A DNA stretch of 64,000 nt from the human T2T-CHM13v2.0 reference genome, Homo sapiens. A program made the position numbers and the translations under genes. Of this stretch, positions 1-14,469 are shown piece by piece. The notes under the pieces are model-generated. The model made no database searches. It was not told the DNA's origin and saw only the letters and a program-made list of their open reading frames with translations. The DNA lies in NCBI RefSeq assembly GCF_009914755.1, contig NC_060927.1; one strand, written 5' to 3'. The first letter of the stretch is position 1. Every line of letters starts with the position of its first letter.

Positions 1-383
1 AAGGAGTATTGACTCACATGGTCACAAGGTGAGGTCCCACAATATGCCGTCTGCAACCTGAGGAGCAAGGATGCCAGTCCGAGTCCCAAAACTGAAGAAC
101 TTGGAGTCTGATGTTTGAGGGCAGGAAGCATCCAGCATGGGAGAAAGATGTAGGCCGGAAGACTAAACCAGTCTAGTCTTTTCATATTTTTCTGCCTGCT
201 TTTATTCTGGCCATGCTGGCAGCTGATTAGATGGTGCCCACCCAGATTGAGGGTGGGTCTGCCTTTCCCAGTCCACTGACTCAAATGTTAATCTCCTTTG
301 GCAACACCCTCACAGACACACCCAGGAACAATAATTTGCATCCTTCAATCCAATCAAGTTGACACTCCATATTAACCATCATA
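1..383 (-). mobile_element. MLT2A-type (ERVL) LTR, truncated by the window start
   Basis: Matches the MLT2A reverse complement, ending ...TCAATCCAATCAAGTTGACACTCCATATTAACCATCA. Confidence 0.88.
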
Positions 384-387
384 TGAA

Positions 388-538
388 GTAAACAGTGTTT
401 TGTGCATTTTAACCATGACATGTCACATGAGGTCAGACATAAAATTTTCCACTTATGGCATCATGTCAGCTCTCAAAAAGTTTTAGATTTTGAAGAATTT
501 TGGATTTTAGAATTTTTGATTAGGGATGCTTTACCTAT
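388..538. mobile_element. Tigger4/MER46 (TcMar-Tigger) terminal fragment
   Basis: AATTTTCCACTTATGGCATCATGTCAGCTCTCAAAAAG...GATTAGGGATGCT matches the Tigger4 terminus. Confidence 0.75.
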
Positions 539-574
539 AATAACTACTGACAATGACTACTAGTACCCCACCTA

Positions 575-770
575 TCAGGAACTGTGCTAAGTTCAAATAT
601 GTTGTCTCATTTAGTTCTCACAGTCTTTTCAAGTAGGTTGCATTAACCTTCAATAACAGATAAGGTAACGGAGGCACAATAAGATGCATTAATCAGCCCA
701 AAACCATACACCTAGTGAACGGCAAAGCAAGGACTTAAGATCAGGTCTGTGTGATTCCAGAACCCACATC
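575..770 (-). mobile_element. MIR SINE
   Basis: Degenerate MIR core ACAGATAAGGTAACGGAGGCACA...TCAGGTCTGTGTGATTCCAGAACC. Confidence 0.7.
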
Positions 771-1509
771 TCTGTGATGTTCTACCAATTCTTTACCTGA
801 TTTTAAGGACTCTACAATTTTCTGACATAGAACTTTCTGACTTATTATTCTGTTTTTATGAAACTGGCATTCTTGTTGTTTCACTGAAATTTAGTTTTAT
901 TTTATTCACTGTTGTTTTGTTTTGTGTTTTTTTAAGGAGATTTTGTTCCTTGAGACTAGATTACCTTTTGACTTCATCTAATTAAACCCTAACATTCCTT
1001 TAAGATTCAGCTCAATCCTTAATTATCTTTAAAATTCCTTTTTCCACCCCACTTATTCCACAGCAAGAACACACAATGTTACATTATTTAATCTCTCTTT
1101 CCACTGATTAACATTGCTTCATATAATAAGTTTTTTCTCCCTATAAGGCTAATTTGGTGTCTGGAATCATGTTTTATTTTTTATCACTATGAAATCACCT
1201 TTATAAGTTGAAGTCATGGTAGACTTTACCACATCACATATTTAATTTTTGTTTGATTAAAATTTATTTTAAATTTATTTATTATCAATATGTTAAATTT
1301 AAATTAATTAAGTACTATGTGTAAAATATATAATGTGTTTCATTTTACACTGAGAGATTTTTAGAATAAAGTACAACTTCGATCAATCTTAAAGTCATTT
1401 TAGTCACTTGACAAATAATTTTTCTTTATTTGCGGATTCAAACAATGTATGTCAGTTTAGTTTTATTTCTATGCTAGTTAAAATAGAAAAGATGATATTA
1501 AATGTCTCC

Positions 1510-2022
1510 GTTTTTGTTGCTCAGCTCTCATTCTGTCTGTCCTCCTGGTAACAAACTCACAGCTTTATTTAGCGAACAACACTCCTTTATTCTTAGTCCA
1601 TAGAGTTCAGTGCAGAAATCACCCCTTTTGGCTCCTGGCCCTTTGGAACTGCATTGCTTTGTTTACTTTCACTCAGGAATAACAGGAATCCAATCTAAAC
1701 AAATAAAATTCAAGGAGATCTTTTTCTGGAACTATTGAAAGAAAGGCATGACTCTTCTCTCCTGAACACGTTAGTAATCAGGAAGATGTGGGCCTGGAAC
1801 TACTCGAGACAATAAGAGGAGCCTGAGAATAAACCCAATGGAGAAATAAGCAGAGATGGAGAGAAACCAAGTTTAGATGGCATTGAACAAGTCCTTGGAT
1901 CAAACTGTACCACAACCTGCTCTCTTCTCTACAGACACCTGAGCCAATAGGTTTCCTTTTTTGGCATAAGCCCGTCTAAATTGAGATTTCTGTCATGTAA
2001 AATCACAGGAGTTCTAATCAAT
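1510..2022 (+). mobile_element. Old MLT1 (K/L-like) MaLR LTR
   Basis: 3' end GAGCCAATAGGTTTCCTTTTTTGGCATAAGCCCGTCTAAATTGAGATTTCTGTCA is typical of old MLT1; boundaries approximate. Confidence 0.55.
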
Positions 2023-2970
2023 TTACCTTCTTTTACCAAATAAGAAATTACATTTTTCATTGTCCATCTCTTCCAAAAGAAACAGATAAACTCCATACAT
2101 CCCACTTTCTCTATACTATGTGGTTAGCCACTGTTTGCCCCCATTGTACCAATACCAAGCGTAGTATAACTTTCATTATAAAAAGGAAAGGTCTGATAAT
2201 AGGTAAAATAGACAAATAGCAAACTCTGATACTGCTAAGTATATATGCATCTTAAAGAATGTGCATTTTCTGTTATTTAAACCAGATCTCTATATTTTTT
2301 TTCTCCTATTCTTGTGCTTTGTGTTGGTATAGGAGGGTGGTATCTGCCCTAGTTTATAGGAATGTGAAGGTGAAGAGGCTTGCTAATTCACCTGAAGTTA
2401 ACAGGAATGTATAGGCATGACTCTATACATAAGACATGACCTACATATTTCTAGACTGACTGGATAAGTCTTCAGGGCAAACAATCCCAAATTAAGCAAT
2501 ACACATCAATTGAGTTTTGAAATAGAAACGTCTCTAATTTCTCGTCATAAAAAAGTTAAAAGATTTCTAGCTCAAATGTCTTGCTATTTCATTTGGAAGT
2601 AAGCTGACACAGTAGTCCTTCTCACACAGACGTATTATCGACATGCATTACACTAGAATATTTATTAGCAGCATTCATTCAGCTGTAAATCACTGGGGAG
2701 GTCCAGGATTAGCAAGATATTAATGTTTAACAGTACAAGATTACCATTAATTTTATCTTTCCAAGTATTACAGTTTATAAAGACAGCCACATAATTTCAG
2801 TTTAAATGTCCCTTAAGTCATCATTTTATTATAACTGAATCTTGCTGTTAATCGAGACTTTATAGAAAAAAAATCAGAATTACAAAAGCCGTAGTCAGCT
2901 GTGATTATGTTGAATACTATGCCACTCAGGAAGTACTTTGGACTTGGTATTCTTATGGCAAGATCTAGAC

Positions 2971-3659
<689 letters not shown>

Positions 3660-3689
3660 TAGACCATACAAAGACAAATTATGTATCTA

Positions 3690-4010
3690 TTAGAAGGTTT
3701 ACAGCTCCAAATAAAAGAATACCCAATTGAAAGTGAATTAAATAAAAATTCTATTATCTGATATAAAAAGAAGTACAGAGTTGGTTGGTTTGGGTTTTAA
3801 CTTCTGTCAAGGTGTTATTAAGGACCAGGGTGTTTTCCTGTTTTTTCCCTCTTTCATTCTTAGAGCTACAAAATAACCACTGAGCAACATGCATATCCTC
3901 ACACAACACATACAAGAGCAGAAATAAGTCTTATGTATTGGTTATGAAAATCTTTCCCAGAAGCCTAGCACACCTGTGATGAGTTCCCTTGACCAGCACT
4001 GGCTTATACA
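3690..4010 (-). mobile_element. Old MLT1 LTR remnant
   Basis: AAGGACCAGGGTGTTTTCC and CTTTCCCAGAAGCC...TTGACCAGCACTGG resemble MLT1I/J/K. Confidence 0.4.
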
Positions 4011-4849
4011 TTTAGTGGAATGCATAAGCTGGAATAATTTTTGGAGAATTTTTGAAGAATCGGATAAGTTCAGTGTCTAGAGAAGGTAGAGAGAAGAGAG
4101 AATTTGTATGTGAGCCTCTACTGTCTAAATTTTCAGACTGTCTTGCCATCTGATTGCTTTGCAGACCATGAGAAATAGCAGCTCTTTGCCAAATGAAATA
4201 GTATATTAGAATCCCAAGTTAAATAAAGATTGATGGGTTTGTCTTTGAGAAAGGTAGAAAGGAAACTTCCACTCAAATCCTTCTTTTTTTTTTAAGACTT
4301 ATCTAGAATTTGGATTCTACCTAGACAGTGGGTCTACATGCCAAAGAAACCCTTTCTAGTTTGATCTGTTGTCAATAAATGCATCGTTTTGCATTATAAT
4401 AGAAACCATCCTCTTAAATAAATGGGCCTGCTTGCTTTCACTGGTTGTTGTTGTAATTTTCCCTTTGGGCCCTGCTGTTGTCAAAGGCCTATGTGTGTTT
4501 TATAAATGGAGCTCTAGGCTATTGTGCTATGATAGAAATCTACCTTATTTAAGAATAGGAATTTTTTCTATATTCAAGACAATATAAACATAATTATGTT
4601 GTTTGGAATGCCCTATTTCTGACATGCTTCTTATCCTAACAGCTGCTTTGCTTTTAAGCTTAAAAAGCTAATATTCAAGTAAACACACACATACCGACAC
4701 ACTCTAAAACAAAAACAAAACTCTAAAAAATGCCAGACCAAAGCCTGTTTAAATTTATAATATTTAAATATTAATGATAGAGAAATCCCTTTTTCTACAT
4801 TCATTGCTTAGCATTATTGAAGCATTGCTTCTGCTACTTTTAAATTTTA

Positions 4850-5130
4850 AATTCAATGCAATTAACATTTACTGAGTTTCTAAAATGTAAAAGTCATTAT
4901 ATTAAGTTCTGTAGGGACACAACTAAATAAATTTGCTTTTTGTAAGAAATTAATCATCCACAAATGATATAGATCAATATGTAAATAACTTTAATGCAAG
5001 GTATCAGCCATGTACCTGAAGTTTAAACAATGACTATGGTAACAAGCAGTTAAGCCTCTCTGGCAGGATCTGGGGAGGTTTTGTGAAGGAGTAATCTACA
5101 GGTTTGCCTTTTAGGATGGGCAAACAAAGG
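4850..5130 (-). mobile_element. L2 3' fragment
   Basis: ATTCAATGCAATTAACATTTACTGAGTTTCTAAAATGT resembles the antisense L2 tail. Confidence 0.5.
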
Positions 5131-5394
5131 AAAGTAGGACTCTTGGTACTCCAAATTGTGAGATCTAAACAAGAAGGAATGCATATCATGAGGTAAGAAA
5201 ATGAGTGTCAGATAGTCGGACTATAAAGTCAAGTTGGACTAAAGCACACAAGGGACCTGAAATATGGAATTGGGCTGGTTTGAAGGCAATACAAAACAGG
5301 ATGGAAGCAACATTAAGCTACTGAATATTCCTGGCCATAGCCAAGGCACAATCGCTATGCTTTAGAACTCCCATACCTCTGTCTGCAAATCACT

Positions 5395-5580
5395 AATCTT
5401 TGTTGAACACTCTGTTCTAGTCAACAGTCTAAGTGCTGCAATTGTACTGACTCATATTATCCTTACAAAAACCCTATTAATCACTTACTACTATAAACTT
5501 ACATTAAAAGTCAAGAAATGTAGACAAATAGAGATTCAGAAACTTGTCCAAGTTCTTACAACTTGTCTAAGGTCACACTC
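5395..5580 (-). mobile_element. MIR SINE
   Basis: GAAATGTAGACAAATAGAGATTCAGAAACTTGTCCAAG...GGTCACAC. Confidence 0.5.
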
Positions 5581-5964
5581 TTAATTACTACCTCTGTGGA
5601 TGAGAAGAAAAATAGTTATTTCTTCTTAATAAACAGTATTTACATATTTTTATTAAAAGAAAAAAGATCATATGTCAAAGTGCATATTTCTTATGTTAAA
5701 ATTATTTGTCTAATGATTTACTATAGCAAATTTTCAATATAAACTTCAATTCCTGTAATTCCCTCCACAAGAAGAAATCTCATAGAATAGTTAAAAATAG
5801 TGCATTAGTTATAAATCTTTCATCTGAAAGAAAAAGCTGGAAGCCATTCAGAATATTACAACATTTACAGTATTTATTATTTAAAACAAAAAGGAAAAGG
5901 CTTTATAATATTTGTTCAGTGGATCCATGGAACACTGGAATTGAAAGGGACTGAATTAATTATT

Positions 5965-6270
5965 ACCTAGGCCAGAATTCAATCTGGCTGCCTTCAGATG
6001 TTATTTGGCCTGCAAAGTGATTTATTTTCTGCTTCAAATTAATTAAATTTTGTAATTTTTCTGAAAATTGAATAAATTCCATTTTTCTGAAATTGAATTA
6101 GTTGGCAATTAAAAAAGAATTAGAAATCCAATCGAAAAATATCAATTTCCAACATCTCATAAAAGATGAAACATGGTGCGATGGTGACCACCCATTCCTA
6201 TGACAACAATCAACTAGAGCTGAGTAGAGACTGGTTCATTCAGATGGATTCTGTTCTACCTGATTAGTCA
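5965..6270. mobile_element. MER102-like hAT DNA transposon remnant
   Basis: CATTCCTATGACAACAATCAACTAGAGCTGAGTAG resembles the MER102 core. Confidence 0.55.
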
Positions 6271-6277
6271 AAGATCA

Positions 6278-7215
<938 letters not shown>

Positions 7216-8599
7216 GTAAACAGCAATGGTCTTCTTGACTATTGTAAATACAAAAGTACCAAATGTACATGAGTATGTAGAGTCATGGAAACTTGTTACT
7301 GGAAGGAGATATATTGGTGCTGCTATGCTGTAACGCTATTGAATAGAACATGTGCGTGCATGCTTTGTAACACAAAAATCCCACATCCAGATACATGCTC
7401 AATAGAAATGTGCCCTCAATATGCAAACAAGGACTCACAGCAAATGTTCTATGATTGTGTAATATCCCTTATAGAAAATATAGAAAACCCCCCTATAAGG
7501 GATCCATTATAGAAAATAATCTCATTTTCTGAATACTGCAATTGACTTATGGACATTGTCAACATTGCAGTCTTTGGCCATCTTTTGAACATTTTTGAGG
7601 TCTTCCATTTATAGCTGACTGTATTTGCCTGAAGTGCATTAAGGAAGACCCTTGGAAAAAATTCTATAAATGAGATTTGAGAGTTAACACTATCATATAA
7701 CAATTGTTTTTATTTATTTATTTTTTTAGGAAGTAGATGATACATTTCAACTTTGGGTATTGTCTATTATCTTAGCTAGGTATGTAAAAGTCTACGTGCT
7801 CCTTCCCAGAGGTAGGCTATGTGTTTGCCTAAGGGAGGAGAATATGTACCATCTGTAAGTTCTTTACAGAGAGTCCCTTTGTCTAGAAATTATGTTTGTT
7901 TGCTTTATTTCCCCTAAAGAACTGGGGAGACACATGTCTCTTTGTATCTCAAATAAAGACAAAAATAAAATATAATTGGATGCTACTTACAAGCCACTTA
8001 TTTCAGTTCTGACAGAAGGAAGAATAAGGGTCAGAACACCTGCTCTTCTCTGTTGCTGAAGGGTTGACCTGGCAGTGGCTTGTTTTAGGACATCAGATAA
8101 TATCCTTATGTGTTTTCTGTCCCCGGCAAGGTACATACTCAGGATCAAGGGCAGTTATGAAGATCAGAAATACCACCTTAGGTGAAAGATTTCAGCAGAA
8201 AGGAGAATATGTTGGCATTTTATGTATTAGGAAATAAAAGCAGAAGGAAACCATGAAGCTGTCTCTTGATATCCTAGAAGTTATACCTTATTGCAATTAA
8301 AATAAATCATAGGGTAATCTTGGACATATAATATAGATAGCCCTACATTCAGCTGGCCCTAAGACACATATACAGTCTGCTGTTTTTCCTTTTTCTCCTT
8401 TTACCTAGTATAAAATTTTCACTTCATAAGTTGTTTTACATCAAGAAAAACATCATTCGCATTTTATTTCTATTTAAACAATATTTGTTTTTCTGCTTTT
8501 CTAGAGCTTTTCCCAATTTAACAGACTTCTGTTGAAATTGCTATATATAATTGTACCTATCATTATTACCTTTGATAGTCATTAAAGTTATTAACAAAT

Positions 8600-8858
8600 A
8601 TTGTTAATTTTTTGTCTTCTCTCCTTCTGGGCACAGGGTAGGATTTTACTTTTCCATCAGTGAATACTTCACTATGTGCCCTTTTCTTTCTATGATGCCA
8701 TCTGGGAATACAAGCTCCATCAGCCTGGGCCACAGAGTAAGTGAGACAGTTACGTAGAACAGCAGTCCAGCCAACTTACAATAGATGTAGCATAAAAAAC
8801 ATTCCTGTGTTGAGGTTTTTGAGTTTGTTATTGCAGCATATCCCAGCTATCCTGATTT
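8600..8858 (+). mobile_element. Old MLT1 (I/J-like) LTR
   Basis: GCTCCATCAGCCTGGG...TTGTTATTGCAGCATATCCCAGCTATCCTGA. Confidence 0.55.
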
Positions 8859-8984
8859 CTTCATGGTCAGAACAGTTTTGAGACTCCTTCAAGCTTGTCA
8901 AAATCATTCGTGATTTCAATAGTCTTCACTAGTACATGCAATTTGCATGGACAGAACAGAGTTTTACAATGTTCAAATGTTAGG

Positions 8985-9280
8985 TTTTTGTTTGTTTTGA
9001 GGCAGGGTTTCACTCTGTCACCAAGGCGGGAGTACAGTATCACAATCATGGCTCACTGTAACCTTGACCTCTCTGGACTCAAGAAATCCTCCCACCTCAG
9101 CCTCCTGAGTAGCTGGGACCACAGGTGTGCACCACCACACCCAGTTAATTTTTGTATTTTTTGTAGAGACAGAAATTTGTCATATTTCCCAGGCTGGCCT
9201 TGAATTCCTGGGCTCAAGCTATCCTTGCGCCTTGGCCCCCAAAGTGGCAGGATTATAGGCATAAACCACCACACCTGGGC
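8985..9280 (-). mobile_element. AluJ
   Basis: J-diagnostic CTGGGCTCAAG and ATCCTCCCACCTCAGCC; degenerate TSD CAAAT(G/A)TT(A)GGTTTTT. Confidence 0.92.
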
Positions 9281-10375
9281 AAATATTGGTTTTTTACTGT
9301 TCAATTATGTGATACTTCTATTGTGCCAAATATTACATAACTGAACTTTAAGTTTTCTTCAATTTTTTTTCACATAGGAATGAAATTTGACTTTCAATAA
9401 AAATAATAATTTTCTACTTCATGAATACTCTTTATGAGTTGGTTGTTTTGGGGAAGACATACCTAGCAGTCTCTCCATCTTTTATGAACTTGTATTCTAA
9501 GTTATAATAAACACTAAAGGCACTCCAATTTTATACATGCCCTGTTGACAACATGCACTTATAGTCTGCAAACATATTTTGCTTGTTAATGTGTAACAAA
9601 CTGACACATGAATTTGAATTGCTCTTGACATTCTTCCCCCCACCATATAAAACATGTTCACAAATCAGCTGATACATTTCAAAGTTTGTTAATGTTTTCA
9701 TTTAGTGCCAGTTTTAGATTCTGAAAATGGTGTATGATGGTTCTCAGATGAGCTGTAAAATAATACCTACATGGAATTTGGCACACTAGAATGATTAATT
9801 TATTATAATTACTTTCACTTTATATAGACAACTGATTGTGGGTTTTGATTGATTAGACTAAAATGCAGATGTAGAACTTTCAATGTCTAAAAGACTTGTT
9901 TTTTTTCCCATAATCTATTGGAAAGGCTTGCAAAAGCCAGGAGAAGGCTGCTGCCTGGTTTTCAAGGAGCATATATTATATTGCGAATTCACAAGAGTCC
10001 TTGAAACTGGTAAATAACCATTGAAAATCAGTTGATTTGTTTGTAATAAGCAAATTAACTCTTGCGTGGACCACAATATTGATGGAAGAACCGGCCCATT
10101 CTGGGAAAGAACAAACAAAAAGTAGATTTCTTTGTAAACATAGAATAGGGACAGTTTGCTGTATGATTTAAATGTGTAATGGCTTAAAGCTAATCCCAAT
10201 TATTTTATTTACATAATGATAAAAATACTATTGCCAATTGGCCTTGCATACTAGAAAGCAGTTGACTTAATATTTTCTTTGAATGTTTGCCTTCATGCTT
10301 CTCTGTTTGCATAGCTTGTGCTACTACCAACTTTATTTTGATTGATATCTACATTTTAAAAATATGTTCATATCA

Positions 10376-10571
10376 GGCCTGCATGGTGGCTCACACCTGT
10401 AATTCCAGCACTTTTGGAAGCCAAGACAGGCAGATCATGAGGTCAAGAGATTGAGACCATCCAAGCCAACATGGTGAAAACCCATCTCTACTAAAAATAC
10501 AAAAATTAGCTGGGCATGGTGGCACGCACCTATAGTCCCAACTACTCGGGAAGCTGAGGCAGGAGAATCAC
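10376..10571 (+). mobile_element. AluSc-like, 3'-truncated
   Basis: GATCATGAGGTCAAGAGATTGAGACCATCC; stops at GGAGAATCAC. Confidence 0.9.
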
Positions 10572-10573
10572 AA

Positions 10574-10696
10574 ATGTATATATATATATATATATATTTG
10601 TGTATATATTTATATATTTGTATAAATATATATATACACACACATATACACACACACATATATATATGTGTATATGTGTGTGTGTATATATATATG
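10574..10696. repeat. Compound (TA)n/(CA)n/(TG)n microsatellite
   Basis: Directly visible in the sequence. Confidence 0.95.
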
Positions 10697-12656
10697 TTCA
10701 TGGTTATAATAGGACTTATGGGTCTAAAAAAAACTTCTGTTTGTTTTATGTAACATTGCTTATCTCTGCTTAATCTCCTCTGAGTGGATTTGACAGTGAG
10801 ACTCCCCCAAGACATTTCCCTTATTTCCAGACTTCTGACTTCCACTTACTGATAATAGTAGGTGTTGCCTGGGTAATAAAGACAATGGTCATATGTTCAA
10901 TTTTCTTGATAGCTTTTTTTTTTTTTAAATGTAAGCAAATTTCTAACAGTCCCATGAAACACATGCCAATTATAAAAAATCATCCATCTGTGAATATTTG
11001 TTTTATGTTTCTTTCATTTTTCCCCTTCATAATTTATTTTCACTTAGCACAGATGCTCTGTAAAGAATTATATGAATTCTTGGGGGTTTTGCAAAGAGGA
11101 TGCTGTTTGAGGTCTACATCATCAAATGCTCATTGATTCCTGAAAATATCATCATCAACTCAATCAGTAAATGTCACTTAAAAACATACAGATAAGGCAA
11201 TTTGACTTTGAGTTCCAGAGGAAAATGAACACCTATTAAAAAAATTACTATCTACCATGAATGAAGTATTTTGTTTTTAATCTAGACTTTTTATAAGATT
11301 GTCTGTCTTTCTAAGTTGTGATTATTCATTTTTTAAAAATGTGTAGTTTGATTCTAAATGAACACATTACTTTGAGTATGATATAAACTTTTGGAATTTA
11401 CCAATGTATTATTTGCTTTTCAAATTATTCCTTTCATAACATCTAAAAAGAAGAGAACAAACAATGGTTCCTCCATATTCTTGGAATAGTTTATCTTGCA
11501 GAAGCTGTGATGTAATGTTGTACTTCTTTTTTCTTTGGCATTCTGGTATGATTATTCAACATTTTATATATGTTGGGCTTACAAAGAAATTTTTAGATGA
11601 TCATACTGAGCTCTATATAAGACTTCCATTTTCTTTGAGCTTAAATATTAGGCAAATTCTCTTGTTGATTTTACCCTAAGATTAATATTTCTAAAGGATC
11701 CCATCTTTGCAAGGAATTAAAAGGTCAGAACAATAAATCAAATAACTGCTACTAAAGTTAAACATAACACATATTACTTTTCCAGCAATGTAAAAAGGTG
11801 GCCTTTTCCAGCTATTCTGATAGATTTATTTGAATGATCTCAAAAATTGATATTGAGGCTAAAATAGAATAATGCAAACATTGAAAATGCTGTATTCAAG
11901 ACCAGTAGCACTCTGACTCATGTAACATGCATATTTTGAGTTTCTTCACTGTGTAAAGGCCAGAAAAGCAATACAGAACTGATCCCCAATGTACTACAGG
12001 TCACCTTGGTAGAGAAGCATGGGATATACAGAAATCAGATGACAAAAAAATCAACATGATAGTTCAATTACAATACAAGTCAAAGAGGGAAAACAACATA
12101 TTTATATCTTTTATTTTTAGCAAATGAGAGAAACAAATAAAATTTACAGACATCAGAGTAGCAAAGACACTTTTTGAAGGTAGTTACGCTTAGGTAAAAG
12201 TCATAGGCTGGCAGCTGTGACTGTCATTATTTAGCTGTATCCTAACAATAGAACCTGCCTTTTATTTAGCATCATTATGGTTTTCTAAGCAGGGTTCCTT
12301 CAGTCAGCCAAAAAAGTCACATCTCGTTCAGTGAGTACTAACAAAAAATTTGTTTCTCCCCAGGGCATCTGGTGGGGTATTTCCAAGCTGGGCAGTGAAT
12401 AACTATTTGTTTCATTGTTTTATAATGAAAGAGACCTTGGAAGCTTGTAATTTTGAGAACATTGAGTGAAGTATGTGTTTTGTTCATTTGTTTGAAGAAA
12501 TACTATTTCAGGTTATAGGAAAGAGTTGACTGTGTATTTTTTTCATAGGTCACTAAAAAAATTGCTGGATGACAAAGAATAGCTGCCTAACAAGTTACAT
12601 TTTGACAAAAGTGAATGGTAATAGGATGAAAGGGAAAACTGACGCAATAAGATTCA

Positions 12657-12734
12657 TTAGACTGAGCCATATGAAATTGCTGATATAGACCATATTTAAC
12701 CTCAAAATTAGCCATTTAAAATTGAGCAACCTAA
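12657..12734. mobile_element. MADE2 mariner MITE (about 80 bp)
   Basis: TTAGACTGAGCCATATGAAATTGC...GAGCAACCTAA then TA; degenerate terminal inverted repeats. Confidence 0.8.
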
Positions 12735-14469
12735 TAATTAGAACTCATTTTGTCTCATTTTTGTCTGAAGCCCTCAAGACTGGTAATAATGCAACAGATA
12801 TCAATTCTCCCAGAAGTTTCCAAGAAAGGTGTTAGCTCTTTTAACCAGGATGGGCTAAGAGATGGCTAAATTGATTTTGCCTGCAGTGATCACCCACCTT
12901 CAACCTTAAAAGCATGGAGAAAGAAAATTAATGGAGAAGGCTTCCTTTAGAGAATGTGGGAGACAGTTGTGCGTTCTTTCTTCCAGGGGCAAGAGGAGAA
13001 TGGATTCCTATTACACCTTAAGTCAAGTGGAAGGAGTCACAAGGCAGCCCCCATCTCAACCCACCTAGGCTGGAGGGAGCCTTCCTGGAAGCATTTTGAA
13101 AGGAAATTAATCCAAAACAATTCTTGGGTGACATAGTCTATCCAGGGCCTGAATTGTTGTGGGATCCAAGTCTTAGAATCAGTCAGGCACCGTGTGCATT
13201 ACAGGTATATAGTAGGAGGCTGCAGCAAAGGAATCTAAAAGACTCCCATAAAAGCAGATAGTGAAAAAATTAGGTTGGGACATATGCCAGTCTCACAGGA
13301 CAGGGACATTAATTCACAAGTTATTCAATACTGCTGTTTCTCTTTAATCTCTCTCCTTGAGTCCTATCTTAGAGAGGTCACATACTTGAATCTGTGGCTA
13401 ATTATACAATGTAAAACACAAAAATAATGACACAGCATAAGCTGGGTTGCCTTGCCTAGGCTAAGGTTCTCTCTCATTACTTCTTGCTTTTGCTGTCACT
13501 CTCATTTTTGTTCTTATTTTCCTCTCTCACTATTACTCTTTTATTTTTCTATTTGTTTCTGAGCTACTTACTAGGTCACTGCTTCCTATAGGAAGTTTAG
13601 ATTCCAAGGCATGGAACGAGATTGCCACTTCTCTGTTCAGGCTATTAGACTTCTACCAGCTCTCCCAGCCTTGCTTAGGTGTCTCCCCTTTCACCCTTAC
13701 TCTAGGAATTCCTGTTCTCCCACTAAACGACTCACCCCACTCACTACCACTTCTCTTTTCCCCCAAGGGTCCTCTAGGGGAAAAGGAACTACTTATCTTC
13801 AGAAAGCTTTATATTGCCCAGGCTTAAGTAAAACAAAATACTGATTAATTGTGATGACCTTTAGGAATGGCAGCAAGGGATATCCAGTAAACTTAATAAA
13901 GGTAATATTTAGACGGTTTCTCAATGTATGTGGATTCCATATCAGTGCAGTTCCACATAGTAAGCACAAAATATTTTTGCCTTTTCAGATCTGGTGGCAA
14001 TACCTCACACAAGCCCTTTGACCTTTACTTCTGAATTATTTATTACTGTGACTGATTCTGCACATAATTTTGGATTCAGTCTTTCCCATGGTTCTTAGTT
14101 GTCACCGTTGCAACACATCTGAAAATGCTCTATGTTGAATTCTACTAAAAACAGATATAGAAAACACACTCACACACACACAGCAAATTGCCTAAAAATT
14201 CAAGAGAATGTGGTCTCATGGCTAAACACCTGGCTTATTGACGGGAAAAAGGCAAGGGAACAACCAACTACTTTTACGAATAAAAGGATTTTAACAGAAT
14301 ATATCTTTAGAACACCACTGCCTAATTTTTCTTCCACTAAATGATAATGCTGTCAACAATTCACTCATGTACATAGAAAAGACTCTTCATGGATGGAGAC
14401 ACCTGCTACTCCAAGAGCTGAGGGTATCTCTGTCTTGGCACTTCTGTAACCCATTCCCAACACTCAGGT

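Noticed and set aside
10435-10845. 136-aa minus-strand ORF
   Set aside because: It reads through a TA/CA microsatellite and an Alu, so it is a low-complexity artefact.
12180-12420. Possible conserved element (E-box, AACAAT, TGTCA)
   Set aside because: Only short common motifs; cannot be supported without alignments.
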